DNA of 64,000 bases from Gammaproteobacteria bacterium (GTDB taxonomy: Bacteria > Pseudomonadota > Gammaproteobacteria > Eutrophobiales > Eutrophobiaceae), in NCBI GenBank assembly GCA_965215365.1, contig CBDCDS010000003.1:1-64000 (forward strand). The letters are read 5' to 3'. A program made the position numbers and the translations under genes. Shown here piece after piece: positions 10,928 through 22,616 of the stretch. The notes below the pieces were generated by a model. It ran no database searches. It was given only the letters and a program-made list of their open reading frames with translations, and was not told the DNA's origin. Within the stretch, counting starts at the first letter, position 1. Each line of letters starts with the position of its first letter.

Positions 10928-11184
10928 TGCGTAAATACCACAAAGTGGAAAATGTCTGCGTAAAGAACGGTCGCCTCAGTCTGGATGTCGACGGGCGGCA
11001 TATCGAACATACGTTGGGGGAAACTTCCAAAGCGCTGGCACTTGCCAGAGAGGACGAACAACAGGTATTTGAAGTTTCTCCTTCCGGTTATGGAATCCAC
11101 TGGCCGCTGCTCGACGAGGACCTGTCGATAGATGCGCTGATGGGTATTGAGCATAAACCTGCTCTTACACAAAAAAGCGCTTAA
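10927..11184 (+). CDS. DUF2442 protein (partner of DUF4160)
   Basis: GYGIHWPLLDEDLSIDAL; translationally coupled to the previous gene. Confidence 0.85.
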   Translation: MRKYHKVENVCVKNGRLSLDVDGRHIEHTLGETSKALALAREDEQQVFEVSPSGYGIHWPLLDEDLSIDALMGIEHKPALTQKSA

Positions 11185-11212
11185 CCCGCATATCTCACCA
11201 AGTCGCTTGTTG
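11185..11212. repeat. MITE type 1 end fragment
   Basis: TTAA|CCCGCATATCTCACCAAGTCGCTTGTTG on the DUF2442 stop codon. Confidence 0.8.
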
Positions 11213-11215
11213 CGC

Positions 11216-11576
11216 CCTCCCTGTAGTTTGCCCCTGCGGGGCCAGCTGCGCTGACGCTACGCTGTTCAAATTCGCTCCCGGCGAATTTGTCGAACCCGGG
11301 TGTTGATTATCGAGGGTTCGAAGCCACACTCAACAACTATGGCAAGGGGGGTCGTTGACCCCCTTGCCATAGTTGGCGGAGAGAGAGGGATTACAAACTA
11401 CCTCCCTGTAGTTTGCCCCTGCGGGGCCAGCTGCGCTGACGCTACGCTGTTCAAATTCGCTCCCGGCGAATTTGTCGAACCCGGGTGTTGATTATCGAGG
11501 GTTCGAAGCCACACTCAACAACTATGGCAAGGGGGTCGTTGACCCCCTTGCCATAGTTGGCGGAGAGAGAGGGATT
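11216..11576 (-). repeat. tRNA-linked tandem repeat (RtT-like), 185-bp period, 2 units
   Basis: CCTCCCTGTAGTTTGCCCC starts at 11216 and 11401. Each unit carries a long hairpin (CAACTATGGCAAGGGGG...CCCCCTTGCCATAGTTG) and the last ~19 nt of tRNA-Ser. Confidence 0.85.
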
Positions 11577-11648
11577 CGAACCCTCGATGGGCTGTTAACC
11601 CATACTCCCTTAGCAGGGGAGCGCCTTCAGCCACTCGGCCACCTCTCC
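11558..11648 (-). tRNA. tRNA-Ser(GCT)
   Basis: Reverse complement GGAGAGGTGGCCGAGTGGCTGAAGGCGCTCCCCT-GCT-AAGGGAGT...GGTTCGAATCCCTCTCTCTCCGCCA; long variable arm; usual position after csrA. Confidence 0.97.
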
Positions 11649-11713
11649 GGCGCTGGGCCGGCATAGCCGGCCCGCCCCGTTGTCAACGGGTTACACCCCG
11701 TCTTGAGGACTGA

Positions 11714-11998
11714 CTACGCGTTTCCCTGATTCTCTTCTTCTTCCTCTTCGGGGTCCGCTCCGGGTTCGCCCCCGTCCTCATCCCCGTCCTCATCCAGATA
11801 TTCCTGGGCAAGCTGGGCTTTCGCCTTCTTCACCTTTTCCAGTTGTATCCGCTCGTAGATTTCCTCCCGGTGCACTGCGATTTCCTTGGGGGCATTAACC
11901 CCGATACGAACCTGATTACCGCGTATTCCAAGAATGGTTACATTGACGTCATCCCCGATCATCAGAGACTCGCCAATCCTGCGTGTTAATATCAACAT
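11714..11998 (-). CDS. csrA: Carbon storage regulator with acidic C-terminal extension
   Basis: [18 protein letters not shown]...[11 protein letters not shown]. Confidence 0.97.
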   Translation of the reverse strand: MLILTRRIGESLMIGDDVNVTILGIRGNQVRIGVNAPKEIAVHREEIYERIQLEKVKKAKAQLAQEYLDEDGDEDGGEPGADPEEEEEENQGNA

Positions 11999-12083
11999 CT
12001 CATCTTCTCCTGTTTAAATCCCTAGGTAATAACTGATTATTGTAGCCTTTTTCGGCAACAACTCTTCAATGATAACACTTTAT

Positions 12084-13324
12084 TCAGCCGACGGCATCAT
12101 TGATTATAGCGCTACCATTTTCAAGACCGAATGCAGAGTGTAACGTTCTTACACCCAATTCCAAGTACTTTTCGTCAACAACTACGGATATTTTTATTTC
12201 AGACGTGGATATCATCTGAATGTTAATGCCCTCGGCAGCCAGCGCCGAGAACATTTTGCTGGCGATACCGGCATGGGAGCGCATGCCCACTCCGACCACG
12301 GAAATCTTGACAATACGGTCGTCGCTAAGGACTTCTGCGGCACCCAGTTCCTGTGCGGTTTTTCCCAGCAGGACTGTGGCCTTGGCGAAGTCGTTGCGAT
12401 GCACGGTAAAGGTAAAGTCGGTGGTATGATCCACGCCCGTATTCTGCACGATCATGTCAACTTCAACCCCGGCCTCGGCAATGGGACCAAGTATTGCGCC
12501 GGCGATACCCGGTCGGTCCGGCACCCCGCGCAAGGTCAGCTTGGCTTCGTCGCGGTTGTGAGCGATACCCGCTATCAGCGCCCGTTCCATTGCTTCATCC
12601 TCGTCTGTGATTAACGTACCCTGGCCTCCCTCGAAGGAAGACAGTACGCGTAATGGTACTTTATATTTGTTGGCAAATTCTACCGAGCGGATCTGCAGCA
12701 CCTTCGCCCCCAGACTGGCCAGCTCCAGCATTTCCTCGTAGGCAAGCCGGCCCATGCGTCTGGCCGCGGGGACGATCCGGGGGTCGGCGGTGTAAACGCC
12801 GTCCACATCTGTATAAATCCGGCACTCGGCAGCGTTTAACGCCACGGCCATGGCGACCGCGGTGGTGTCTGTGCCGCCCCGACCCAGAGTAGTTATATTA
12901 CCGTTTTCGTCGACACCCTGAAAGCCTGCAATCACCACAATTTTATGTTCTGCCAGTGCTTTTTTCACGCGCGCCGACTCGATATCAATGATGCGCGCCT
13001 TGTTATGGACGTTATCCGTCAGGATCCGAACCTGCCCGCCGGTGTAGGAAACGGCAGGATGATCCCGTTCCTGCAATGCCATACTCAGCAAGGCGATAGT
13101 CACCTGCTCGCCAGTGGATAATAGCACATCCAGTTCCCGGGAATCGGGGATTGTGGCGACCTGCTCCGCCAGCTCGATAAGCCGGTCAGTCTCGCCGGCC
13201 ATAGCCGACAGCACCACCACCAGCTGGTGTCCCTGCTTGCGCGTGGCGATGACGATGTCGGCAACTGCCTTGATGCGTTCTACATTGGCGACCGAGGTGC
13301 CGCCGAATTTTGCTACGATTAAGG

Positions 13325-13328
<4 letters not shown>
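12084..13328 (-). CDS. lysC: Aspartate kinase
   Basis: [19 protein letters not shown], two ACT domains, alaS-lysC-csrA synteny. Confidence 0.96.
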
Positions 13329-15994
<2,666 letters not shown>

Positions 15995-16002
15995 GCCGTC
16001 TG

Positions 16003-16458
16003 TTATTCACTGTCGCTGAATGCCATGCGGATCTGCTCGGAGGTAAAACCGCGGTACTGCAGAAAACGTGACTGTTGTGCCTGTTCCCTGAAGCTCGCAG
16101 GCGCCGGCAAGCCGTATTTCTTGCGACGCACAGCCCGGATACGCTCTTCCCAATCTATATCCATTGTGACCAATACCTGTTCTGCCAATTCCCCGGCTAC
16201 TCCTCGTTCACACAGTTCCCGGGTAATGCGTAACGATCCGTAACCTTTTGCCGCGCGGTTGCGACTGTAGGCCTCGGCATAGCGTGCATCGTCCTGCAAT
16301 CCCGCCGCTTTCAGTTCTGCTAGGACTGCTGCGACTGTTGCCGTAGCATACCCGCGCGCCAGCAGTTTTCCCTGTAGTTCCTTAGCGGAGTGCTCGCGCC
16401 GGGCCAGCAGGTCCAGCGCCCGTTGCCTGATCGCGGCTGACTGCGGCTGACCGCTCAG
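16003..16458 (-). CDS. recX: Regulatory protein RecX, extended upstream of the ORF-track call
   Basis: The frame is open upstream of 16299 and reads [19 protein letters not shown]; C-terminal RFLQYRGF. Likely CTG start overlapping the recA stop. Confidence 0.9.
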   Translation of the reverse strand: MSGQPQSAAIRQRALDLLARREHSAKELQGKLLARGYATATVAAVLAELKAAGLQDDARYAEAYSRNRAAKGYGSLRITRELCERGVAGELAEQVLVTMDIDWEERIRAVRRKKYGLPAPASFREQAQQSRFLQYRGFTSEQIRMAFSDSE

Positions 16459-17498
16459 ACCGGCGCAGCCTCCCCCGATTGCGCGGCATCCAACTCCGCC
16501 GTCTCAACCTGCGGCAGCACTTTGCGTTTTACCGCCTGCTCAATTTCCAGCGCCAGCTCGGGATTATCCTGAAGATGCACGCGTACGTTATCCTTGCCCT
16601 GACCAATGCGCTCACCGTTGTAACCATACCAGGCGCCGGTCTTCTCGATAATGCCGTGCTGCACGCCTAAGTTGATGATTTCACCTTCGCGGGAGACGCC
16701 GCGACCGTACAGGATGTCGAAAAAAGCCTCCTTGAACGGCGGCGCCACCTTGTTTTTCACCACCTTCACCCGGGTTTCGTTACCTATCACCTCATCGGCC
16801 TTCTTGATGGCGCCGATGCGGCGGATTTCCATACGCACGGACGCATAAAACTTCAATGCGTTGCCGCCAGTAGTAGTTTCCGGGTTGCCGAACATGACAC
16901 CGATCTTCATACGTATCTGGTTGATGAATATCACCAGCGTATTCGAGCGTTTGATATTGGCGGTGAGTTTCCGCAGCGCCTGCGACATCAGGCGCGCCTG
17001 CAACCCCATGTGGCTGTCGCCCATCTCTCCTTCTATTTCCGCCTTGGGGGTTAATGCCGCCACGGAGTCGATGATGATCAGGTCGGTAGCACCAGAGCGC
17101 ACCAGCATATCCGTGATCTCCAGGGCCTGCTCGCCGGTATCAGGCTGGGAAACCAGCAGATCGGACATTTCCACGCCCAGTTTTTCCGCGTAGCTCGGGT
17201 CCAGGGCATGTTCTGCATCCACAAACGCGGCCGTGCCGCCGATTTTTTGTATTTCCGCTGCCGCGTGCAGGGCCAGGGTGGTCTTGCCGGAAGATTCCGG
17301 CCCGTAGATTTCCACCACCCGGCCGCGCGGCAAGCCGCCGATGCCCAGCGCCAGATCCAGCCCCAGCGAGCCCGTGGACACGGCGCGGACTTCGTGGTCA
17401 ACAGACCCGTCACCCATGCGCATGATCGAGCCCTTGCCGAACTGCTTTTCAATTTGCCCCAGCGCGATGTCCAGGGCCTGTTTTTTCTTCTCGTCCAT
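16455..17498 (-). CDS. recA: Recombinase A
   Basis: [34 protein letters not shown]. Confidence 0.99.
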   Translation of the reverse strand: MDEKKKQALDIALGQIEKQFGKGSIMRMGDGSVDHEVRAVSTGSLGLDLALGIGGLPRGRVVEIYGPESSGKTTLALHAAAEIQKIGGTAAFVDAEHALDPSYAEKLGVEMSDLLVSQPDTGEQALEITDMLVRSGATDLIIIDSVAALTPKAEIEGEMGDSHMGLQARLMSQALRKLTANIKRSNTLVIFINQIRMKIGVMFGNPETTTGGNALKFYASVRMEIRRIGAIKKADEVIGNETRVKVVKNKVAPPFKEAFFDILYGRGVSREGEIINLGVQHGIIEKTGAWYGYNGERIGQGKDNVRVHLQDNPELALEIEQAVKRKVLPQVETAELDAAQSGEAAPV

Positions 17499-17586
17499 TG
17501 TCACCGTCTCAAAATTGGTAAGTGCATATTATCCCACAATACAGCCCATAACGCATTCAGAGATTTTCAGCCGCAGATAACCTGCA

Positions 17587-17883
17587 TCATTTCAGGTTAT
17601 TCACCACCAGGGTGAGGTTGAAGATCACCAGCAACACCATGATAGCCCGGAACACAATACCCAGCGCGCCGCTTCTGGGCGCGTACGCCCACATCACGCC
17701 GCCAACGACGATGGAACCGACCAGGAAGGCCAGCGCCGCCGGCCCTGTTAAAAAATCCACTGCGGTCTGAAACGCGGTGGTGATAAAGTCCAACGGCCCG
17801 CCAGTCGTGCCGATGTCAAATTCAGCCCACACGATACCGGGGCAATACAACAGTGCAAATAAGCAAATACGATCACGCATCAT
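17587..17883 (-). CDS. TrbC/VirB2-like pilin
   Basis: Signal peptide ending in VWA, 'VDFLTGPAA' followed by two hydrophobic helices, ~98 aa, RBS AGGAG. Confidence 0.6.
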   Translation of the reverse strand: MMRDRICLFALLYCPGIVWAEFDIGTTGGPLDFITTAFQTAVDFLTGPAALAFLVGSIVVGGVMWAYAPRSGALGIVFRAIMVLLVIFNLTLVVNNLK

Positions 17884-17906
17884 CCTTCTCCTTCATACAG
17901 GTTAGC

Positions 17907-18227
17907 TTAGTCAGTCATCATAAAACGCCGGCGCGCGACAACATCCGCGCGCAGGCAGGTAATCCGTTTCAACAGCCGTTTTCTTATCACGTACAACCAT
18001 ACTGCGATGCCATTCGGGTCATGCCGGCACACCCGGCTCAGCAGAAAAATACCGAAGGCTGAAATGAGTAAAAACAAGAGGACAGAGCGCAGCTGCACGC
18101 CCAGCAGTGCGGCAGTGACTATAATGGAAAGCAGCGCGTTGGCGGGGTAGCCGAAATAACGCTTGTGTGCCGTCAGTGACGACCGGTTGCTGTATGCGTC
18201 TTCCCCAGTATCCATGACTGTATCCAT
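17907..18227 (-). CDS. VirB3/TrbD-like small membrane protein
   Basis: SSLT..KRYFGYP, two TM helices, then 'HDPNGIAVW' (the DP motif typical of VirB3). Confidence 0.55.
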   Translation of the reverse strand: MDTVMDTGEDAYSNRSSLTAHKRYFGYPANALLSIIVTAALLGVQLRSVLLFLLISAFGIFLLSRVCRHDPNGIAVWLYVIRKRLLKRITCLRADVVARRRFMMTD

Positions 18228-18355
18228 GACTTCTTCAATGTATGAATGGTTTTGCGGCCCTGATTGTCCCGATTACATGGTGCTGTACAGCCTGTACTTA
18301 TAAGAGTTGTTCAGGGTAGAGTCAACAGTTTTTTTAATGTGGGCGCCGGCTTTAA

Positions 18356-18594
18356 CCCGCATATCTCACCAAGTGATGCGAAGATCGCGCCGGATTGGTT
18401 CTGCCTGCGGGTGCCTGCGACCGAAAGCATAGCGGTAGCTATGGTTGAGGAAGCACGTGCCCGCAGGCAGAACCAGGACCAGCGAGGGCGCAGCAAGCGC
18501 AGTGTGTTATGTGGAAAGAGCAGCAGCATTACCATAACTTATTGAGAGCAATAATGTTTCACAAGGCAACAAGCGACTTGGTGAGATATGCGGG
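18356..18594. mobile_element. MITE type 1, full-length copy (239 bp)
   Basis: Terminal IRs CCCGCATATCTCACCAAGT / ACTTGGTGAGATATGCGGG flanked by TTAA on both sides; internal IR TGGTTCTGCCTGCGGG / CCCGCAGGCAGAACCA. Confidence 0.9.
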
Positions 18595-19890
18595 TTAAGC
18601 CAGACTCTGCATTTCCCGCGCCGCGGCCAGTGCCGCAAGGCGGGCGAGCACGCCATAGCTGTAAAAGCGGTTCAGGTGGGCCGCGGGCGGCTGCTGCCGG
18701 TCCGGTGAGTTGCAACATTCCTCAAACGCCAATCGCTCGAAATACATGCCCGGCGAGTTGAGGTTTTCATTGGTGGCCCGTTGCGGGTGCACCCGGTAGA
18801 AACCGCCTACCACGTTCTGGCCGATGAGATACACCACCGGTTCTGCCACCGTGTCGGGCTTGCCCCAGGTTTCATGGGTATAGACCCCCTCCTGAATAAT
18901 GGCCTTGGTGACTTTCTGCCCCTCCTTCACCGTCGCCATCTTCGTCCGTTGCTTGCGGTTCAGGTCGTGGACTTCCTCGGCACTGTGCACAGACATGACA
19001 CCCATACCGTAAGTACCGGAATCTGCCTTAATCATGACAAACGGGTCGCTGTTGATGCCGTACTCGTGGTACTTTTTGCGGATGGCATTGAGCAGCGCTT
19101 CCACATTCCTAGACAGGCAGGATTCACCGGCGCGTTTCATGAAGTCCACCTCGCCACAGTTGCGGAACAGGGGTTCTATCAACCAGGTGTCGATATCCAA
19201 CAGCGCCGCGAATTCCTGTGCGGTGTCCCGGTAGAAACCGAAATGCACGGATTTCAGCCGCTCCGACCAGCCCAGGTTGAGCGGTGGCATGAGCAGTTGC
19301 TCCGCACCCTGCAGCAGCTCCGGCACACCGGATGACAGATCATTATTCAATACCAGCAGTTCCGGCTGAAAATCCTGCACGAACAGGCTGTCGCCCTCCC
19401 GCTGCAGGGGTTCTAGGCACAGCGCCGCGCCGCTGTTCAGGCTGATGTGCATGGCCTGCTCTAGGTCGGGCAATAATGAGCCGACCCGGGTCTCGAAACC
19501 CGCTTTCACAAAAATCCCCTGCAATAGCGCAAGGCTCTCTAGGTAGTGCATGTTGCGGGTGTGGTTCTCGGGAATGATCAGTACCCGGTCCACCGGTTGC
19601 GCCAGCCGCCCCAGCGCTGACTGCACCGCCTGTATGCACAGCGACTCGAAAGCCGGATTGAGGTTATTAAAGCCAGCCGGAAACAGGTTGGTGTCAACGG
19701 GGGCTATCTTGTAGCCGGCATTACGCAAGTCCACGGACGCATACAGAGGCGCCGGTGTCTTGCGCCACTGGGAACGGAACCAGGATTCGATCCGGGCCTG
19801 ATGCTCCAGGATGACACTCTCAATGATATTCAACGGACCACTCAGGGCCGTCGTCAGGTGGGGCACTATCTCCGCTGCTGCTGCAACCAT
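18595..19890 (-). CDS. gshA: Glutamate-cysteine ligase
   Basis: VPHLTTALSGPL, SVDLRNAGYKIAPVDTNLFPAGFNNL, KADSGTYGMGVM. Confidence 0.95.
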   Translation of the reverse strand: MVAAAAEIVPHLTTALSGPLNIIESVILEHQARIESWFRSQWRKTPAPLYASVDLRNAGYKIAPVDTNLFPAGFNNLNPAFESLCIQAVQSALGRLAQPVDRVLIIPENHTRNMHYLESLALLQGIFVKAGFETRVGSLLPDLEQAMHISLNSGAALCLEPLQREGDSLFVQDFQPELLVLNNDLSSGVPELLQGAEQLLMPPLNLGWSERLKSVHFGFYRDTAQEFAALLDIDTWLIEPLFRNCGEVDFMKRAGESCLSRNVEALLNAIRKKYHEYGINSDPFVMIKADSGTYGMGVMSVHSAEEVHDLNRKQRTKMATVKEGQKVTKAIIQEGVYTHETWGKPDTVAEPVVYLIGQNVVGGFYRVHPQRATNENLNSPGMYFERLAFEECCNSPDRQQPPAAHLNRFYSYGVLARLAALAAAREMQSLA

Positions 19891-20032
19891 AACCGCTGTT
19901 CCAATTTGAAAGGGGTATTATACCAGAGGAGAGAAACTCAGTTTGTTGCATTGTCCTTACAGGCAATGGTTGCCGCTAACCCCGGCATTTGGATGTTTCA
20001 GCCGCGAGAGGCTAAAATAGGCGTATGCTTAA

Positions 20033-20165
20033 CCCGCATATCTCACCAAGTCGCTTGTTGTCTTATGAAACATGTTTGCTCTCAATAGGTTATGATAATG
20101 CTTCTACTTTCCACATAACATACTGCGCTTGATGCGCCCTCGCTGGTCTTGGTGAGATATGCGGG
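20033..20165. mobile_element. MITE type 1, internally deleted copy with 21-bp flanking direct repeat
   Basis: Both terminal IRs present; CTAAAATAGGCGTATGCTTAA at 20012-20032 and 20166-20186. Confidence 0.88.
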
Positions 20166-20178
20166 CTAAAATAGGCGT

Positions 20179-20640
20179 ATGCTTAAATCCATCAGGGAAT
20201 TCTTTGAGCGCGGCCTGCAAGACACTGTCGACCGCGGCGGCGCCGGTTCCAGCAACCGGGTGGAGCTGGCCGCGGCCGTGCTCATGGTCGAAATCAGTCT
20301 GGCGGATGCGTCCGTAGGCGCTGAAGAACTGGCTGTCATCAAGGCTACCCTGACCGACCATTTTGCTATCCCCGTACAGCAGGTGGATGAATTGATTGAC
20401 ATGGCGCGCCACGAGGTTGACCTGGCGGTTTCCCTGCACGAGTTTACCCGTATGCTCAACGACAACCTCGATGCCGCCGAAAAAATCCACATCATCGAAG
20501 CACTCTGGAAGGTCGCATTTGCCGATGCCGTGCTGGACAAATATGAAGAATACTACCTCAGGAAGATAGCCGATTTGCTCTATATCTCGCACAAGGATTA
20601 CCTCATGGCAAAACATCGGGTGGCGGATAGCGGCCACTAA
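20179..20640 (+). CDS. TerB-family protein
   Basis: LAAAVLMVEISLAD, LWKVAFAD..LDKYEEYYLRKIADLL. Confidence 0.88.
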   Translation: MLKSIREFFERGLQDTVDRGGAGSSNRVELAAAVLMVEISLADASVGAEELAVIKATLTDHFAIPVQQVDELIDMARHEVDLAVSLHEFTRMLNDNLDAAEKIHIIEALWKVAFADAVLDKYEEYYLRKIADLLYISHKDYLMAKHRVADSGH

Positions 20641-21428
20641 TTTTCAACATACCTGCCATTACCTCCATTTGCCAGACTGTTACTTTTCCCATCTTCAACA
20701 CAGCGCAACCAGGCCTGCTCCAGAGTGGTTGCCTGGAACTCATGACGGCACGCCGTCGGTGAGCCAAGATAACGGAGCCGGCTCTGGTGCAATATGGCTA
20801 CCCGGTCGCACAGCATTTTCACGTCTTCGAGCAGGTGGGTAGCAAAAAAGCAGGTGACACCCTGCCGTTTCAGCTCATACAGGTGGTTATGCAGGCCGGC
20901 GCGCGCGCTAGGGTCGAGGCCGCTCAGCGGCTCATCTAGGATGAGCAGCTTTTTTTCACTCAGCAGACAAGCGGCCAAACCAAGTTTCTGCGCCGTTCCC
21001 TTGGACAGGCGCCCGGCGCGCTGTTGCAGTTCAGTCGATGCCAGAGCCAGGGCTTTGAGAATTTTCCCGGCCCGACCCTGGTCGAGCGCCAAACCGTGGA
21101 GGCGGCATATAAACCCCAGGAATTCCCAGCCGTTGAGGTAACACGGCGGGCGAAAATTTTCCGGCAAATAGGCCAGATACTCCCTAGCTGCGGGCCGGGT
21201 ATGCTGTGTGCCGAAGATACTGGCGCGGCCTGAGGTCGGCATATCTAGGTTCAGCAGACACTTTATCAGGGTGGTCTTACCGGCGCCGTTGACACCGGTC
21301 AACGCTAGGAATTCACCCTCGGCCACCGTCAGGTCCAGCGCCGACAATACGGTTTTATCCCCGCGCCGTTTCGTCAACCGCCGTATCTCAATAGCGGACG
21401 CTTGTGTGCACATAGCCTTGGCATCCAT
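20637..21428 (-). CDS. ABC transporter ATP-binding protein
   Basis: GVNGAGKTT, LSKG signature, LILDEPLSGLDP, ATH. Confidence 0.92.
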   Translation of the reverse strand: MDAKAMCTQASAIEIRRLTKRRGDKTVLSALDLTVAEGEFLALTGVNGAGKTTLIKCLLNLDMPTSGRASIFGTQHTRPAAREYLAYLPENFRPPCYLNGWEFLGFICRLHGLALDQGRAGKILKALALASTELQQRAGRLSKGTAQKLGLAACLLSEKKLLILDEPLSGLDPSARAGLHNHLYELKRQGVTCFFATHLLEDVKMLCDRVAILHQSRLRYLGSPTACRHEFQATTLEQAWLRCVEDGKSNSLANGGNGRYVEN

Positions 21429-21443
21429 GCTCTGCGGGCAAAG

Positions 21444-22244
21444 TCAGTACAAAAACACTGCATTGCAGCGGGTATTGTCGCTGTCCACGTTCCAGGACGA
21501 CCCCGTGGCATCGGCGTTGTTGATGCAGGGCGCGCCGGTAGTGGCCGACCACAGCACGGTCTCACTGCCAGGGGTGCCGGCGCCGAAGTCGGCGCCGCCC
21601 ACCGTGCTCTCACCATTTTTTGCAGCACTCACCGTGCCGCGCACCACACCGCTGCCCGGGTCGCCATCATCCAGCTTCACATCCAGTTCCCGCAGCAGCG
21701 TCGGCGTGACACCGGCACCGAACACATAAGCCAGACGCACGGTTGACCCGGCCGTGGCACCACCGTCGTCGTAATCATCGGTGAACCCCAGCAGCACCGG
21801 TTGCTGAAACGCATTACCCGGCACCTGACCGGTCAAAACCCCGGCCTCATACTCCGCCGCGCTGCCGGTGCTGCCGCCATGGCTGCCGTTGAGCAGCCGC
21901 GCATGGGCCAGGTGCGCCCACACTGCGCCAGCTTCCTGCCATTGGTCAATACGCCCGTTCTGGTTGCCGCCAATAGTAGGGGTAGCGCCACAGTTGGCAT
22001 CAACTTCGGCAGTAATGGCGGCACATGCCAGTGCCGCCGGCATATCGCCCGGCACCTGCCGGTAACGGTCGATAAAACCGTAATACGCCGCCTGTATGCC
22101 GGCATTCTGAGCAGCCATATTGCGCACGCGGGCACTGCTGATCAACTGTTGCCCCTTGAGAACGCCGCCCAGCAGGAGTCCGATCAGGACCAGGACGACC
22201 GCGATTTCCACCAGGGTAAAACCTGATGACTTACGTGTATTCAT
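21444..22244 (-). CDS. Prepilin-type N-terminal cleavage/methylation protein
   Basis: MNTRKSSG/FTLVEIAVVLVLIGLLLGGVL class III signal; C-terminal Cys pair. Confidence 0.9.
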   Translation of the reverse strand: MNTRKSSGFTLVEIAVVLVLIGLLLGGVLKGQQLISSARVRNMAAQNAGIQAAYYGFIDRYRQVPGDMPAALACAAITAEVDANCGATPTIGGNQNGRIDQWQEAGAVWAHLAHARLLNGSHGGSTGSAAEYEAGVLTGQVPGNAFQQPVLLGFTDDYDDGGATAGSTVRLAYVFGAGVTPTLLRELDVKLDDGDPGSGVVRGTVSAAKNGESTVGGADFGAGTPGSETVLWSATTGAPCINNADATGSSWNVDSDNTRCNAVFLY

Positions 22245-22485
22245 AAAGATATCCTCCATGAAGTACGATTGAGTTTCCGTTAAGCGCAAGGTTTGGTCAA
22301 AACGACCGTACCCTTCACCGTGTAACGCTACAGATGGTAGAACAACAGATCTGCTACGTCAAGCCCTTTGTCCAGGTTCAATACATGACAGCTGGCCAAT
22401 AAACCAACGGGTGCCTCTCACAAACATGAGGCACCCGTGCAGCACAGGGAGGTGCTGCGGTGTACGCGACGGTGTCTTGCAGCCG

Positions 22486-22586
22486 CATAACCCCTCATTT
22501 TACCCCCTTTTTTCACGCACATAACCTGTTTTTATCCCCCTTTTTTTACATAAACCACTTGTTTTTATCCCCTGTTTTTTACATAA
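22486..22586. repeat. Three imperfect ~32-bp tandem repeats
   Basis: Core TTTTA(T/C)CCCC...TTTTTT...ACATAA at about 22498, 22530 and 22563. Confidence 0.75.
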
Positions 22587-22616
22587 TCGGGTTCTTATCC
22601 TCATCTCCGGACCTAT

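Noticed and set aside
17505-17586. LexA box upstream of recA
   Set aside because: No CTG-N10-CAG match found.
22407-22438. 11-bp stem hairpin as a terminator
   Set aside because: No U-tract and it lies between divergent genes; function unsupported.
22486-22586. Possible CRISPR array
   Set aside because: The repeats are degenerate and abutting, with no unique spacers and no cas genes.
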